The notes beneath the pieces were generated by a model. The model was not told the origin of the DNA. It saw only the letters and a program-made list of their open reading frames with translations, and did no database searches. From Psammoneis japonica (Eukaryota), in assembly GCA_008632985.1 (NCBI GenBank), contig QPGO01000057.1, forward strand, positions 62,001-126,000: 64,000 bases of DNA, given 5' to 3'. This document shows, one piece after another, positions 10,164 to 21,941 of this stretch; positions within the stretch are counted from its first letter, which is position 1, and each line of letters starts with the position of its first letter. The position numbers and the translations under genes were made by a program.

Positions 10164-12868
10164 TCAAACTGAAACAGGGTAGAATTCGTTTTGCCACTGC
10201 CCGTGCTCCTCGATGGTGATCCATCGCAGGGCATTCTCAGCAGTTCCAAGTATCTGAGTGGTGTGATTATCATTCTCATCTGGCTCACTCTCTGTCGAAC
10301 GCACCGACGCATTGTCACTGACGTTTTCAGCCCTATATTCCACTTGGTCGGTGAATGTTGTGCCCCCACAAATGCCTAGAATACAGGAAGCCTTCCCTCG
10401 AGCAAGCTTCGTCTTCACCAACTCTGGAAGATGCCGTGGATCACAGTCCACAAACGCAAACACTTGATGCTTTGACATTCGACTCTGTTCCAGTTCTTCT
10501 CTAAGCCAGAGCATCTGCGAGTTACCCGTCTCTCCGTTGGGGGCATCATTACGTGAATCGTTGAGAAAATCATTGGAACGCAACATCAAGCCCTGAGCGC
10601 CACTCAGCCAGAAGGAAAAGAACGTAGAACCGTCATGAACCACCACTGGTATTGAGTCACTGATCCTCGCCAGGAGTTTTCGGCATGAGTCGTCAACAAA
10701 GCCACATGCCACAACCAGTTTGGGACGAGATCTATTGATGGTCGCAATACATTTCTTCAGCTGCTTCTTCCACATCTTTCTCGTTTCCTCGTCAAAGCCC
10801 ATATTCAAGTCTTTCACGAGCAACGGGTTTGTAATATGAACAAACTTAATGGGATCCAACTCGATGGGTTTGGCATTGGGATCATTCGGGTCGACGGCCA
10901 TGGGAAATCGGCCTTGGTTGTCATTCATTCGCGTCAATCCTACATAATCTCGAGTCTCTGGCCGGATTTTGTCCAAGCGAAACTCCACATGAGAAGAAAA
11001 GAAGCGCTGGTAAACAAATGGTTGACTTACAACCTGTAAACGATCCAAGACATGCATGACACATTTGCGATCTCGCAGGCGTAACCGAAGCATGTCATGA
11101 GAAGAGCCATCTCCTGGCGGGTGCCGATCACAGAGCTCCGGATCGCGAGCATCCTTCCGAGCAAGCTCTGCAACAGCGGGGATACACAAATCCACCAATG
11201 AGGGGACAGGAGTGACAGCGTCTGGGCCTGTTGTATTCTTGTTTGAAGTCGTACCGTTCAGGTACGGATGGTTTCGAATCACATCATAACCACCCTCGTT
11301 TTTCGTCATACATCGAGCCTTATCGTTGCTAACTACAAGTTCAAAGCAATCAGCCCCGAGTCGTTTGCTCGGATCTACCTGCATAAGACTCTGAATGAAG
11401 TCCCATGCATCGTCATCGGCAATACCCCACGGGCGATATAGATGCCCTCTCTTGATTTTGAGAAAGGTTAGATACGGACTTGGACTCCAGAAAGGCGTTT
11501 GCCCAGTATGAAGAATAAACGCCAACGCGCCAAAGGCCCACAGGTCGGTAGTGTGGTCGGCGCCAATTTTCCCTTCTTCCAACGCCTTCTCAATTTCGTC
11601 CGGAGCAGAGATTCCCTGGACTGCTTCAGGTGCCATGAAATCCGGCGTTCCCACAAATTCGGGTCCATTGAGATCTGGTTCAATGAGGTCCTTGGCTGTT
11701 CCAAAATCAATCACAATGATGTGACCGTTTTCGTTCATTAAAATATTCTCCGCCTTCAAATCACGGTGGACAATCCCGTGCGTATGCATGTGCTCCAAGG
11801 CATCCAATACTTGCGCCAGGTAGATCTTGATGAGAGATCGATGCACGCCTACCATTTTGTCCTTGTACCTGATCTTTCTCCACAAGTCGGTGTTTTCCGT
11901 GTGCAAGTCCATGAGATAGTAGAGCGAATTGTAGTCCTGAAACGAATGGTACATTCGAACAATGTTGTGATGAGGTGGCAGTCTCTCCAGCAAAGTTCTT
12001 CGTTCCATTTGGATTTCATTGTACACGTTGGGATGTTGTCGTTTCGCAAGTTCAGCCGCTCGTTTCTTGGTTATGATTTTAAGAGCAAAGACTTCTCCTG
12101 TTTCCTTGTGCTTGCAGGTATGCACCTCGGAAAAATTCCCAACGCCCAGCTCCTTGAGGACCCGAAACTCCCGAATAGACACTTTGCGAGACACGTATTT
12201 GATGGATGTTTCCTTTGCAGTCCTACCGTCCCCACTTAATCGTCGATTACATTCTTCCGATAAGTCAGTCAGCGCCTTGCGCTGTCCGGCGGTAGCATCG
12301 GATAACTCGTTCTGTAACGAAGCCGTTAGTGTTTCCAAAGCAGCTGAATGGTTTTCCATAGCAATTTGTGTTTTCGCGAGTCTATAACAAGCCTTGGCGT
12401 TTCTTCCTGCATTCAATCCATGAGAAAGATGCGTATAAAAACGAGGAATTAGATAATAGTAGAGTGAGTCATACTCGTATGTTCGCAGAACTCCCATGGC
12501 ATTGCAAACTATTGAAGCGAGAAAGCATGGCAAATCAACAACGGCTTACCCTTCGTAATGCTCACGGCTTCTTGCGCATCCCTCTGCGAGTCCTCGAAAC
12601 GCTCCATCTTGAACAGCGCCGCCGATCTATTATTCAAGTTTACAACCAAAGCATCTTCATTCCCTTCGTCACGAGCAGTCTCCACCGCCAAGTCGTACAA
12701 GGTCAATGCGTGGTCGTAGTTTCCCTGTGAAAACTGATAATTTCCCATTTGACGGAGATCGTCAAGAGACGGCAATCTGTCACCCAGAGTTTCGCGAAGC
12801 GCATCTAGAGACGAAGTTGCATCATGGCTTCCCACTGCTGCCGCCGTTGCCGCTGAATCTGTCGTCAT
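10164..12868 (-). CDS. TPR + AGC/PDK1-like Ser/Thr kinase + degenerate metallophosphoesterase-like C-terminus (intron 12407-12549)
   Basis: Kinase motifs LGVGNFS, FALK, HRDLKAEN, DFG, FVGTPDFMAPE, DLWAFG. TPR GNYQFSQGNYDHALTLY...NRSAALFKM in exon 1. gtaagc...tgcag intron. Confidence 0.85.
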
Positions 12869-13129
12869 GGTCGATCTTGAGTTTGTGCGGTCCACCGGAT
12901 CTTATTTCGGGATTTTCGGTGTTTGCTTGTCAGACAAAGTTGGTGATTGCATTGTGGTGTCCGCCCTACTGTACACTCAAGTTGAATGTGTGACGTGGCG
13001 AAACTGAAACGCTCACTTTTTCATCTCTCCGCTTTCCGCGGCGTCATCAGCTTTCGCACTTCTCGATCGCAACCAGTGACCACATTATTTGCGGAAGAAT
13101 ACTGCATCTGCAAAAGGACTACTACTATC

Positions 13130-13846
13130 ATGGCGCCTCTTCCCATCAGAAATCTGAGCTTATTTTTCTTGGTCCTTTGTGGGCTTGGTGTCGTGGAATG
13201 TTTCCTTCCGAGTCAAAATTCCTTTGTTTCACGAAGAACAGCGATGAATGTGGTTGCAAGTGGATCCAACAGCAATGACGACGATTCTCGCTTTTTCACT
13301 GGTGGTGCCTTTGATAAGATGGAACCAGAAGCCATCAAGATTGCCTCTCGCATCAATTCTGTAAAGGATCTTGGATGGACTGGTCCCGCCATGCGCCGGG
13401 GCACAACATATCCGCGCCATCGCGCTTTTGGTGGTCAGTCAGAAAAGCCGGTTCAGGACAAGCCCAACTATGATACGTCGAATCCAAGATGTGTGGAGAA
13501 ATGGTTGTCGCAAGAAGAGTTTTACGCCAAAGTCCGGGACTCTAGTCCTGCGGCGGATACGGTCTTTGTTGCTCTTGCTGGAGGTGAGGCCTTTGCCGAA
13601 CGGGAGGTTGTCGAAGAAAAACTATCTGCATGGCGGAGTGGCGGCAAGTTTGACGAAGATGCTTTTCTAAAAACAGTGAAGGATGGACGTTTTGGTCTGG
13701 CTGCTGGATGGCTCTTGTTTTCAACCGTGGTAGGATCGGCTGCACTTTGCATTGTCGCACCCACAAATCCATTGGCAAAAGCACTGGAGAGCGCGCTTGC
13801 TCCGTTGTCCGTTGATCCAGACTTTCTTGCTTCGGTAAAGAAGTGA
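13130..13846 (+). CDS. Uncharacterised plastid-targeted membrane protein, paralog A
   Basis: Signal peptide ending VEC-F, transit-like region, C-terminal TM helix; strong similarity to 25173-25919. Confidence 0.8.
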   Translation: MAPLPIRNLSLFFLVLCGLGVVECFLPSQNSFVSRRTAMNVVASGSNSNDDDSRFFTGGAFDKMEPEAIKIASRINSVKDLGWTGPAMRRGTTYPRHRAFGGQSEKPVQDKPNYDTSNPRCVEKWLSQEEFYAKVRDSSPAADTVFVALAGGEAFAEREVVEEKLSAWRSGGKFDEDAFLKTVKDGRFGLAAGWLLFSTVVGSAALCIVAPTNPLAKALESALAPLSVDPDFLASVKK

Positions 13847-14167
13847 GATAGTTATACTGTAACAGAAATGCGTCAAGTATGAACAACTGCCAAGATATGG
13901 GACGAAAATCGTTTTACTATGTCTGAAGAATAGAGGAACACTACGTCTCTCTTTAGAGATGTATTTTTGTCTCGTCACTCAAAATCAGTTGACCACGTAT
14001 CCATCCGTCTAGTCGACTTTTCATTCTGTTCTACGAAAAGACATTGGGAAAATGCGACGTGGAGACTTGGTATATGCTTACCCAAATTTATGCAATTAGA
14101 TATCTAAATGTTGTAGCGGTGGCCCGCCGTCCTCCCGACACAGCTACAGCTTTGTGAGCGGCACTAG

Positions 14168-14758
14168 TCACTCATTCTTTGGCAGTCCATCATCGTTTAA
14201 CTCCGTGCCTTTGCTATTCCTCTTTCCATATACCAAATCCCCAAGAAAGGTCTTGTCTTTCCTAGCGTGTTTTACACCTTCGCCACCCTTCAAGCGCTGA
14301 AAGGTGGACATGTCCGCCCTTTCCTCGGCGGTTGGAACATGGTCATTCGTTTTGCCGGTTGTAACTTTGGCTACGGTACGAGTTGGACGCTCGCCAAGCC
14401 TCAGTCGATCCATGGCGTTTAGATCTTCCCCGTTTACTTGTTTCTTGTATGCCTTCTCCTCAGCTTTCTCTTTTCGATTCTTGATTTTGTCGACTGCAAT
14501 GTGGCGACCGGTTTCGCCATTTTTGAGGCGTTCAGTGGTTGCCATGTTTTCTCGTTCCTCTTTAGTAAGGATCGGATCATCATCTTTGCCTGTAACTGGC
14601 TTCAGTGCTGCCACAACGGGCCTTTCACCGGCAACGATCCTGTCTGCTGTGTTGAGTTTTTCACCTTTTTCCTGCTTCTCGACCGCTTCCATTTCTCCGC
14701 GTTGTTTTACACGGTGGACTGCGCGTGCTGGAGCTAGGAAGACTTGTGCGACTACCAT
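14168..14758 (-). CDS. Small hydrophilic protein with two ~50-aa internal repeats
   Basis: GEKLNTADRIVAGERP...EERENMATTERLKNGE versus GEDLNAMDRLRLGERP...EERADMSTFQRLKGGE. Confidence 0.7.
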   Translation of the reverse strand: MVVAQVFLAPARAVHRVKQRGEMEAVEKQEKGEKLNTADRIVAGERPVVAALKPVTGKDDDPILTKEERENMATTERLKNGETGRHIAVDKIKNRKEKAEEKAYKKQVNGEDLNAMDRLRLGERPTRTVAKVTTGKTNDHVPTAEERADMSTFQRLKGGEGVKHARKDKTFLGDLVYGKRNSKGTELNDDGLPKNE

Positions 14759-15249
14759 TTTTATTTCGTTTGTTCCTTGTTGTTTGTTGCTTCGAGTGAA
14801 AGATTTGTGAGGAAACCTTGTCAAAAAAATGAGGGCGTATCTGCGAGTTCGTGACCGACGCGTGACTATTTCTGTGCAGTCATCGATCGTGTATTGCACA
14901 CTCAGTAGGATTCTACAGGAGGTGGCCGTTCTACTCGTGACCCCAACTTCAAGTTCGGTCCGGGTAGCGCCGGTTGCGCGCATGCACATGGAAGTAGGTA
15001 CAAGCACATTGCGTGTTGACGAAATCTAGAGAGCTCGTACTGTAGCTCTCTACTCTAGAGTGGTCAAATGAAGTGTACGTAGGCTCTCTCTACTAAAGGC
15101 AGGGTTAGCTAGAGTGGGTCCTACAGTGGCTTACTTCCCCGTCAAACTGTAGGTAATCTGTGCACTAACCTGACGGGTTGAGAATGAGATTTCAGCAACG
15201 CAGCCAATAGAATCACTTCTCCCTAGTTTCCATTCTAAAAAAGGCCGGC

Positions 15250-15965
15250 ACTTCTTCATCTACATTTGGTTCGTCCAACTTGTTCGTAGCTGCCTTGATG
15301 AGGTTGTTGACCTTAGGATCCAAGTCCTTAGCCGTGGCGAAGCACAGCATGGCCTGTTCAGGTCGTCCAGTGCGTTTCAGCTCTCGTCCCTGGGTAAATG
15401 AATGGACGACTCAAGAGATCAATTCTTCCAAGCAAAGGCCACTGCCAGAGCAGCGAGAGCATGCAGCTTTGAGGATTGATGCCAATGGCCCGGCGACAAT
15501 GGCATTCAGCCAAGTCGCACTTTTCCTGGGTGACAATAGATGGAACCAAGCCACACCAGGCGTTGAAATGATGCTCACCAACACACATATGGTAGCGTTG
15601 CGGTACAACACGCCACGGCCTATTCAAAAACTTCGCTGGCCATGTACTCATGTCCCGAGAGCACATGTGCGTAGGATCGAGTTGCATGGCTAGACAAAAA
15701 AGTCAGGGCTGTCTCTCGTTTTGGGGAGCAAAGCCATTGTCCACCACGTACCACGCTGGGGGGATGCGATCAAAGTCCGTGGCGCTCTGGGCCAAATGCG
15801 ATAGATCCACTTCCTTCTTCAAATGCCAAAGGACGTTCTTGTAGTCGGCGACTTCAAAGCATGTCCGACAAATCTGATGCAAGACCCATCCTCTTTCAAA
15901 GCGCTTGGGTGAGAGCACACTGAAAGTCTGCAATGCCACGCAGCAGCGGCACTGTACCAAGAGAA
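15250..15965 (-). pseudogene. CDC27: CDC27/APC3 (anaphase-promoting complex TPR subunit) pseudogene fragment
   Basis: GWVLHQICRTCFEVADY, LWHLKKEVDLSHLAQ, QLDPT, HFNAWCGL, QEKCDLAECHCRRAIGINPQS match the CDC27 C-terminal TPRs; spread over several frames with deletions. Confidence 0.8.
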
Positions 15966-16291
15966 GGAATAGCTCGCAGCAGCCTTTCCATAGGAAAAGC
16001 TACTTGCAGCAGAAGAAAGCTACTTTGTCTCGTCACTTTTTCAATTAAAGTCAATCGAGCATATGTCCTTCGCCAGTTGAATGCGCATCCTTTGCTACCA
16101 CTGGACATTTGAAAAATGGAACGCGAAGAGTAGCGTCGTGTCGACTGGTCCTTTCGGTGTCTGTTCGGGTGATGAGTGATGCACTGCGAAGTACGACCTT
16201 TGCGTAACACAGCAATAGAGCAAGCGAACCGGCGTTAACAGCCATCTCGATTTTCGTATGCGGAGCGTCGCCTTCCTTTTCTCTCTTTGTG

Positions 16292-16987
16292 TCATTTATC
16301 TTGACTGAGTCGACGAAGCTGCTTCTCAAGTAGAGGCCTTGCTTTGCGCTGACCGCCTCGTTCATTGATCGCCCGTTCCAGCGAACGCAGACCGTTTTGT
16401 ACAGCCAGCACGTTTGGATCCAAGCCTCTTTGAAAACATTCATCGAGCCAATCGAGAGGCTTTGTATGGCCCCTCAGCTTGTTACAGCGCCTGCAACAGG
16501 CAAGTTCATTCTCCACCCAACTCGGCCCTCCTTTGATCCGTGGTATCAAGTGATCAGTAGTGGCAGTCTCGAGAGAAAGTGGCGTTCTGCACCATACGCA
16601 GTCAAAGCCGTCTCGCTGTAAGATGGCGTTCATTCTCTCTCGTCGATTCGGCTGTTTACGTTGCGGCGAGGACAGAGTGGTATCAAAAATAGCATCGCTT
16701 GACTCGTCATTCTGATGCTGTCGTCTTCGTTTTCTCGTCGCATGTAGCTGAGTTCGACGGCGTGGCCTTCCCCCCAAAACAACCTTTGGTAAAACTGGGC
16801 GGGTCCTTGCATGCTGCACAGTTTGGTGGCTTAGTCTGCGAACACATTTAATGCTACTTCTACCTACGGAGATCGAGATCGGTGTCTGCGAGCAAAAAGC
16901 AGCGCATCTCAAAGCCAGAACTGAGGTAATCATTGACAGCAGATTGAGTTGCCGTAGAAGCATTGGAAAACTCATTCCATGCATCAC
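16292..16987 (-). CDS. HNH endonuclease (McrA-like/HNH_5) with N-terminal organelle-targeting extension
   Basis: RDGFDCVWC...TTDHLIPRIKGG...NELACCRRCNKLRG. Confidence 0.85.
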   Translation of the reverse strand: MMHGMSFPMLLRQLNLLSMITSVLALRCAAFCSQTPISISVGRSSIKCVRRLSHQTVQHARTRPVLPKVVLGGRPRRRTQLHATRKRRRQHQNDESSDAIFDTTLSSPQRKQPNRRERMNAILQRDGFDCVWCRTPLSLETATTDHLIPRIKGGPSWVENELACCRRCNKLRGHTKPLDWLDECFQRGLDPNVLAVQNGLRSLERAINERGGQRKARPLLEKQLRRLSQDK

Positions 16988-17496
16988 ATGGGTCTAAAGA
17001 CGTTTTGACTGCTGGCACAACTGTATGCTCAATGCGGTGCTCTCTATTGTGCCCATAAAATTTCGCCATGGCGTCATGGCGGCTGCGGGCAGTGGACAGA
17101 CAACTTCGATTAGACCGACTTTGAACTTACTCTAACTATACACTCAGTTCAAAAGTTAACGGTGTCAGAACTGAAGTGTGAACATGATTGTTCGGTACAT
17201 GGAGGCAAAGAATTCATTATTGTGGTTAGGCATTACCCAATTTTGCCAGTTGGAACCTGCTGGTGGAGTTGGAGCCAACCCCCAAAAGCAAGCCACGTGG
17301 GTGGGGTTTGGCCCGCAAAGCAGGAAAGAAGGCAAACTTTGATTTGGTTCTCAGTATTTAAAGAGATTATTTGCCTTCCGTCGCTCAATTCCGTAGAGCA
17401 AGATGGACCTGACAGAAGAGCATGTTTGCGATCGAGATCGAAAGCCCGAGTTCGAAAAGACGTGTTCGTCAAGCGCAGGATTCTCAGCGCCAAAAG

Positions 17497-18216
17497 TTAT
17501 TCTTTTAGATAGTCTTCGATATGAGATATTGATGATGCAGGGGGTATGAATTGAAACGCCGGCGTTTCCGCACTTTGACTCGTTGCAAGCAGTTCTACCG
17601 CCTTTCCAAGAGATAAGCTGGACACTTCGAAATCATCCACGCTCCCTCCATCCATTTCGACAGCCTGTTTTAATGCAGCATTCGCTTCTTCCAGTTTGAA
17701 GAACATTGGGAGACAAGGTTTGCCGGCTTCGTTTTCATGCATGATATCCATGCACGCAAACAGCGGCACCTGCTGACCCGCAGGATTCGCATCAGGAGGT
17801 GCACCCGCGGCCATTATTGCTTGACGGCTTGGAATTATCACCGCTTTATCGTCCGCCCACATTTGGAAACACCCTCCTAGTCCCATTGGGATGATATCAA
17901 GTCCGTCCATTTTCGTTGCCTTCTGGGCTTTGCTTAGCTCGGCCTTTGCGTCTTCGACATCAACGAAAAAGAAAGGTAGCTTCCAAGTTTTCCCTTGAGC
18001 TTCTACTTCGTATGCCAATGGTTGCCCTTTTTCGTTGGCGCATGTAAAGATTGGTACAGCGTCAAGCTCCTTCTTGATGGCGGCCCAGCCGTCGCTAGCA
18101 AAGAGTTCATTTGCGTTAGCAGGAGTTGCAGCCAGTGAACTTACGGAGCGAGGGCGGTTCACGATGAATCCTTCCACGTTGAAGATGCTCAATAGAATCA
18201 ATGTAGCTTTTATCAT
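17497..18216 (-). CDS. TIC22: Tic22-like plastid import chaperone
   Basis: Signal peptide ending VEG-F; LDAVPIFTCANEKGQPL, PFFFVDVEDA, VPLF, PMFFKLEEA, FQFIP. Confidence 0.75.
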   Translation of the reverse strand: MIKATLILLSIFNVEGFIVNRPRSVSSLAATPANANELFASDGWAAIKKELDAVPIFTCANEKGQPLAYEVEAQGKTWKLPFFFVDVEDAKAELSKAQKATKMDGLDIIPMGLGGCFQMWADDKAVIIPSRQAIMAAGAPPDANPAGQQVPLFACMDIMHENEAGKPCLPMFFKLEEANAALKQAVEMDGGSVDDFEVSSLSLGKAVELLATSQSAETPAFQFIPPASSISHIEDYLKE

Positions 18217-18499
18217 TGTGCTAGTCTTGACAGGTATCGATGATGGTTGGAAGCTGCTTTGTAATGTGGGTTGTAAGCTGTTGAGCAGTGTTGATGTTGG
18301 CGTGTTGTAATAAGATGATCCTAGGCCCTATCTTCTCTATCGTGAATTTTGTGAGGTGATAAGGAGCGCGGGGAAAAAAAGCGGACATCGCACAGGCGAC
18401 GCACATAATCGGTTGTAGTTAGTTAGACTACGGTATGTGCGTGCTGTCTGTCGCGTTCAACGTTTTCGTGCGTTCAACACCGCCATGATGACGATGCCA

Positions 18500-21400
18500 T
18501 TTCTAAACAGCATCATTCGGCAACAAAATGAATCAGGATTGACTGACATTGTGATGAAATGCCAATGTGAGAAAAGGAAAACAGAGGGAAAGAGTTGCAC
18601 TGCATCTTTCTGGAGCAGCTGACATTGTCGCGTTCTCTCCTCTTAGAAAAAGCGCGCTTCTTTGGGGGCCGTTCAACCCTCTGCACAAAAATCGCATGCC
18701 TCCAAGATTTTGAGGCAAACACACGCATTGCCATGTCTTGAGATGAAAGTGTGGATGCCACAAATTTTGCAGCTTTGAGCATGGCTGTGGCTTCTTCTGT
18801 CTCACTTTGTTGGCTCTCCTCAAGTGGGTGGGAGAGAAGCTGTGTGTTGTTTTGCATTTCTCCTCTCATCTGGAGCAAGTGGCACACACACCTGTTTGCA
18901 TTTTTTGGCAAAAGGGATGATGAACAGAACAATTTGCTGCCCGGGGCTTTTGATTGTGTCAACAACAACGCAAAAAAAAAGGCACTCAAGCAAGATGCAA
19001 ACTGTTGCACACACAGACAATGAGCATGTGGTTCACCTGAGACTGGTTTGGATTTGGACAAGCCAGTCATGCTGACACATGCTTTGTCATTCTTCAGGGT
19101 GCATTGACACTCCAGCAATGGAGCCCATGGGAGCTTGGGTGTGCTGTGAAAGCCCAGCGCACATGCACAATGTCAGATCTCACAAGCTCTTCTGGCAAGG
19201 CTGTCAATGACTCAAATTCAAAGTCTGCAAAGGATCAGTCAGTTGCTCCAACACTGAAAAAAGTGCTGGGAAAGCAACCCAGGGCAGTTTGTGCTCCTCA
19301 TTTCAATCTACAGGAGGTGTGTGCCAAAATCTCAACAAGACAAGAGAAGCCCCCTGTTGCACTGTTTCTTTTTTAAAATGCCCAAGAGAGTTGACTCATC
19401 AGAGTGTCCATCTGCCAGCAGCTGCAGAACTGCCACAGCAGAAACCACATTGAAACAATTGTGCAAAGAGCCAGAGGTGCACAGCAAACTGCTGGCAAAT
19501 GATGTGTGGCTGCAACTCAACTGCTGGAGGCACTGGTGGCTTGTTGCTTTCTCCTTCTTGAAACTTGGATGGTCAAAGAACAGTGCTTCACTGTGATGCA
19601 GAGTTGTGCTTGTCACAGCCTTTGCAGCCAGAGCCAAAATGACAAAAAGTGCTTTTGTGGCTTTTCTGCAGCATCTGGCAACTGTTTTGCCCATGCATTT
19701 TGGTGCCAGGTGTTGTCGCTGTCCTTGCACAAAACCCAGAGAGATGTGACAGTTGCGCACAAAGTGCTGCAAGAGACAACTCACTTGCACAGGTGCCACT
19801 TGCTTGTGCCAAGAGACTTCAAATGCTGCAACAAGCACTGCTGCATGCTTTGGAGAGAATTCTGCAGTGTCAGCATCAAGCTTCCTTTTTTCTTGGGCTG
19901 AAAGCTGAGAATGTGCAGCAAGCCTTGATGCGGAAAACTCAGAACAAAACATCATTGACCCCAGATGTCCAGCAAAACAACCACAAGGCTCCAACAAATT
20001 TGCTTGCTCATTGACACACACCAAGAGCTCCAGTCAATGCTTGCACCATTGTTTCTCACAAGCAGTGGTGGTGGTGGCAGGAGCTTGACTTTTGCCAGTG
20101 AGAAGTTTTGCTTTGTCAGAGAGCAGAGCTGCTCACAAAACAAAGAGTCACAGCTCCAGCTGTCCAGCCACGCTGCAGATTCTTGGCAGCTCTTCCAGTC
20201 ATGGCAGCACACAGACATTGCTGAGACAAAAAGACAACAAAATCTTTGCACCCTCAGATGTTCATTCCAGAGATGCACATCTTGGCAAGTTGGCTGGCAA
20301 TGGGTTCTGAGCCTGTCATCAAAGGATTTTTCATCTTGCAACTCTGCAAAAGTGGAGCACCATTTTGTTCTCAGTTGGGTTCTTGAGAGTGGTTGATTTG
20401 CCAGCAGTCTGCCTTGAAATGTGAGGTGGCAATGGCAGCATCTCACAAGTGGTGCTCTTGCAAACAAATGTCAATTTGGCCAGTGTGCAACAAACTGCAG
20501 CACCCAAGAGGACAGCTTTTGAAGCCATGGCTGTTGTTCCACAAACTGTTGTTGAGAAGACAAAGCAACACTTTTCCCTTGGAGACAGCAGCAACAATGA
20601 GGAGCTCAAAGTTGCTTGCATGACAGATCCTCTCAAAGTGATCAAGGACAACTCTGCAATTGCTGGGTTGATTTTCTCAATTTCTGGATTCTGTTGAGCA
20701 CTGGATGATCATCTGTTTTAGCTGTTTTGTAGACTGCCCAGCTCTGGACAGCAATGCCTGGGTTTCTGCACAATCCTTTGGCTCTTGCCAGCCAGCCTTT
20801 GACCTTGAGCACTGCCTCCAAAACAGCTGGCAGCACTTGTCCAAAATTGTGCAATGCAGCCATGCTGGCTTGCACTGCCACTCCTTCTGCAAACTTCCCA
20901 GTTTTGGCTTTGCTTGGTTGTCTTGTGGGTTTGAGTGGATTGTTGCTTCTTTGGGCATGTTGTCAGTGCTGGCTGCAGCTTTCCATTTGTGTTGCATCCA
21001 AGGGAGCAGACTTGTCTTTGTTTGAGTTTGCCATCAAAGGCAGACTCCATGGGCTGATCTTCAACTGGCAGTCAAACCCCAGAGGCAAGAGTGCACCCAG
21101 GCAATGAAAAAGCTCTCTCAGTTTTCTTTGCCAAAGCACGGAGGCTTCCATGTGACCACAAATCTCTGAAACCCACGACGCAATGCTGTGCAATGAGAAA
21201 AAGGAAACAGGTCATCAAACTGACTCAACAAAATGACAGATGGAAAACAATTTGCTGTTGCTCGCTGCTTCACCTTTGAGACAGTCTCCAACTTTGCACT
21301 GAAAGCAAGTGCTCCCTCCAGAGACAACAGAGATGAGTGCCACCCCAGTGAGCACAAATCAACAGGGTGTGGTGCAGTGAGGGTGTGCAAAGGAACAAGG

Positions 21401-21600
21401 GGAAATCTTTTGTCAGTGCACAACAACCTGCAATGTCTGAGAGGACAACTTGAAGCCACTGTCGTCATTCCAGCCACTGGCAAGTGGTGCTTGAGAAATC
21501 TGAGCAACAATGCCACCCTTGGAAGACAGTGAAAATAACAAGAGGAGTCCGAACTTGCATGGTGGACCATATCTGGGTGAGCAGAGTCTAGGGTCTTGGA
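18500..21600. other. TpA/CpG-depleted hypermutated block 2
   Basis: Near absence of TA and CG, strong CA/TG excess, nearly Tyr-free overlapping ORFs; no recognisable product. Confidence 0.85.
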
Positions 21601-21941
21601 GTGGTTTGAGTTTCAAGGGAGTGAGTTTTGGGGGGTGGGTGGAGGTTTATGACATGGGCAGAGTTTCTGCTGGGTGAGAGTAGCTTTGTTCTTATCATTT
21701 TTTTTTCACAGTGCAACGGAACGGATGATCACCTCATTTTTAAGTTGCAACAGGCCTTCCCGTTGCTATGATTAAACTATCATATGGCCGATGAGAAGCT
21801 CACATATGATCTGGCCGCCATTCTTCTTTCCAGAGATCAAAGAGAAGGGGCGTCGGCAACTAAACCGCCGTTCTCAGTCACTCGGATATATTCGCACACC
21901 TGTTTGGAAACATTTTGACAGCGACTTCACGCCTCCCTGTA

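Noticed and set aside
15027..15055. Short inverted repeat tagagagct...agctctcta
   Set aside because: A 9-bp stem in promoter-like DNA with no partner defining a MITE; insufficient support.
18500..21600. Classical fungal RIP or simple 5mC decay as a full explanation
   Set aside because: RIP raises TpA and AT content. 5mC deamination explains CpG loss only, not TA->TG/CA.
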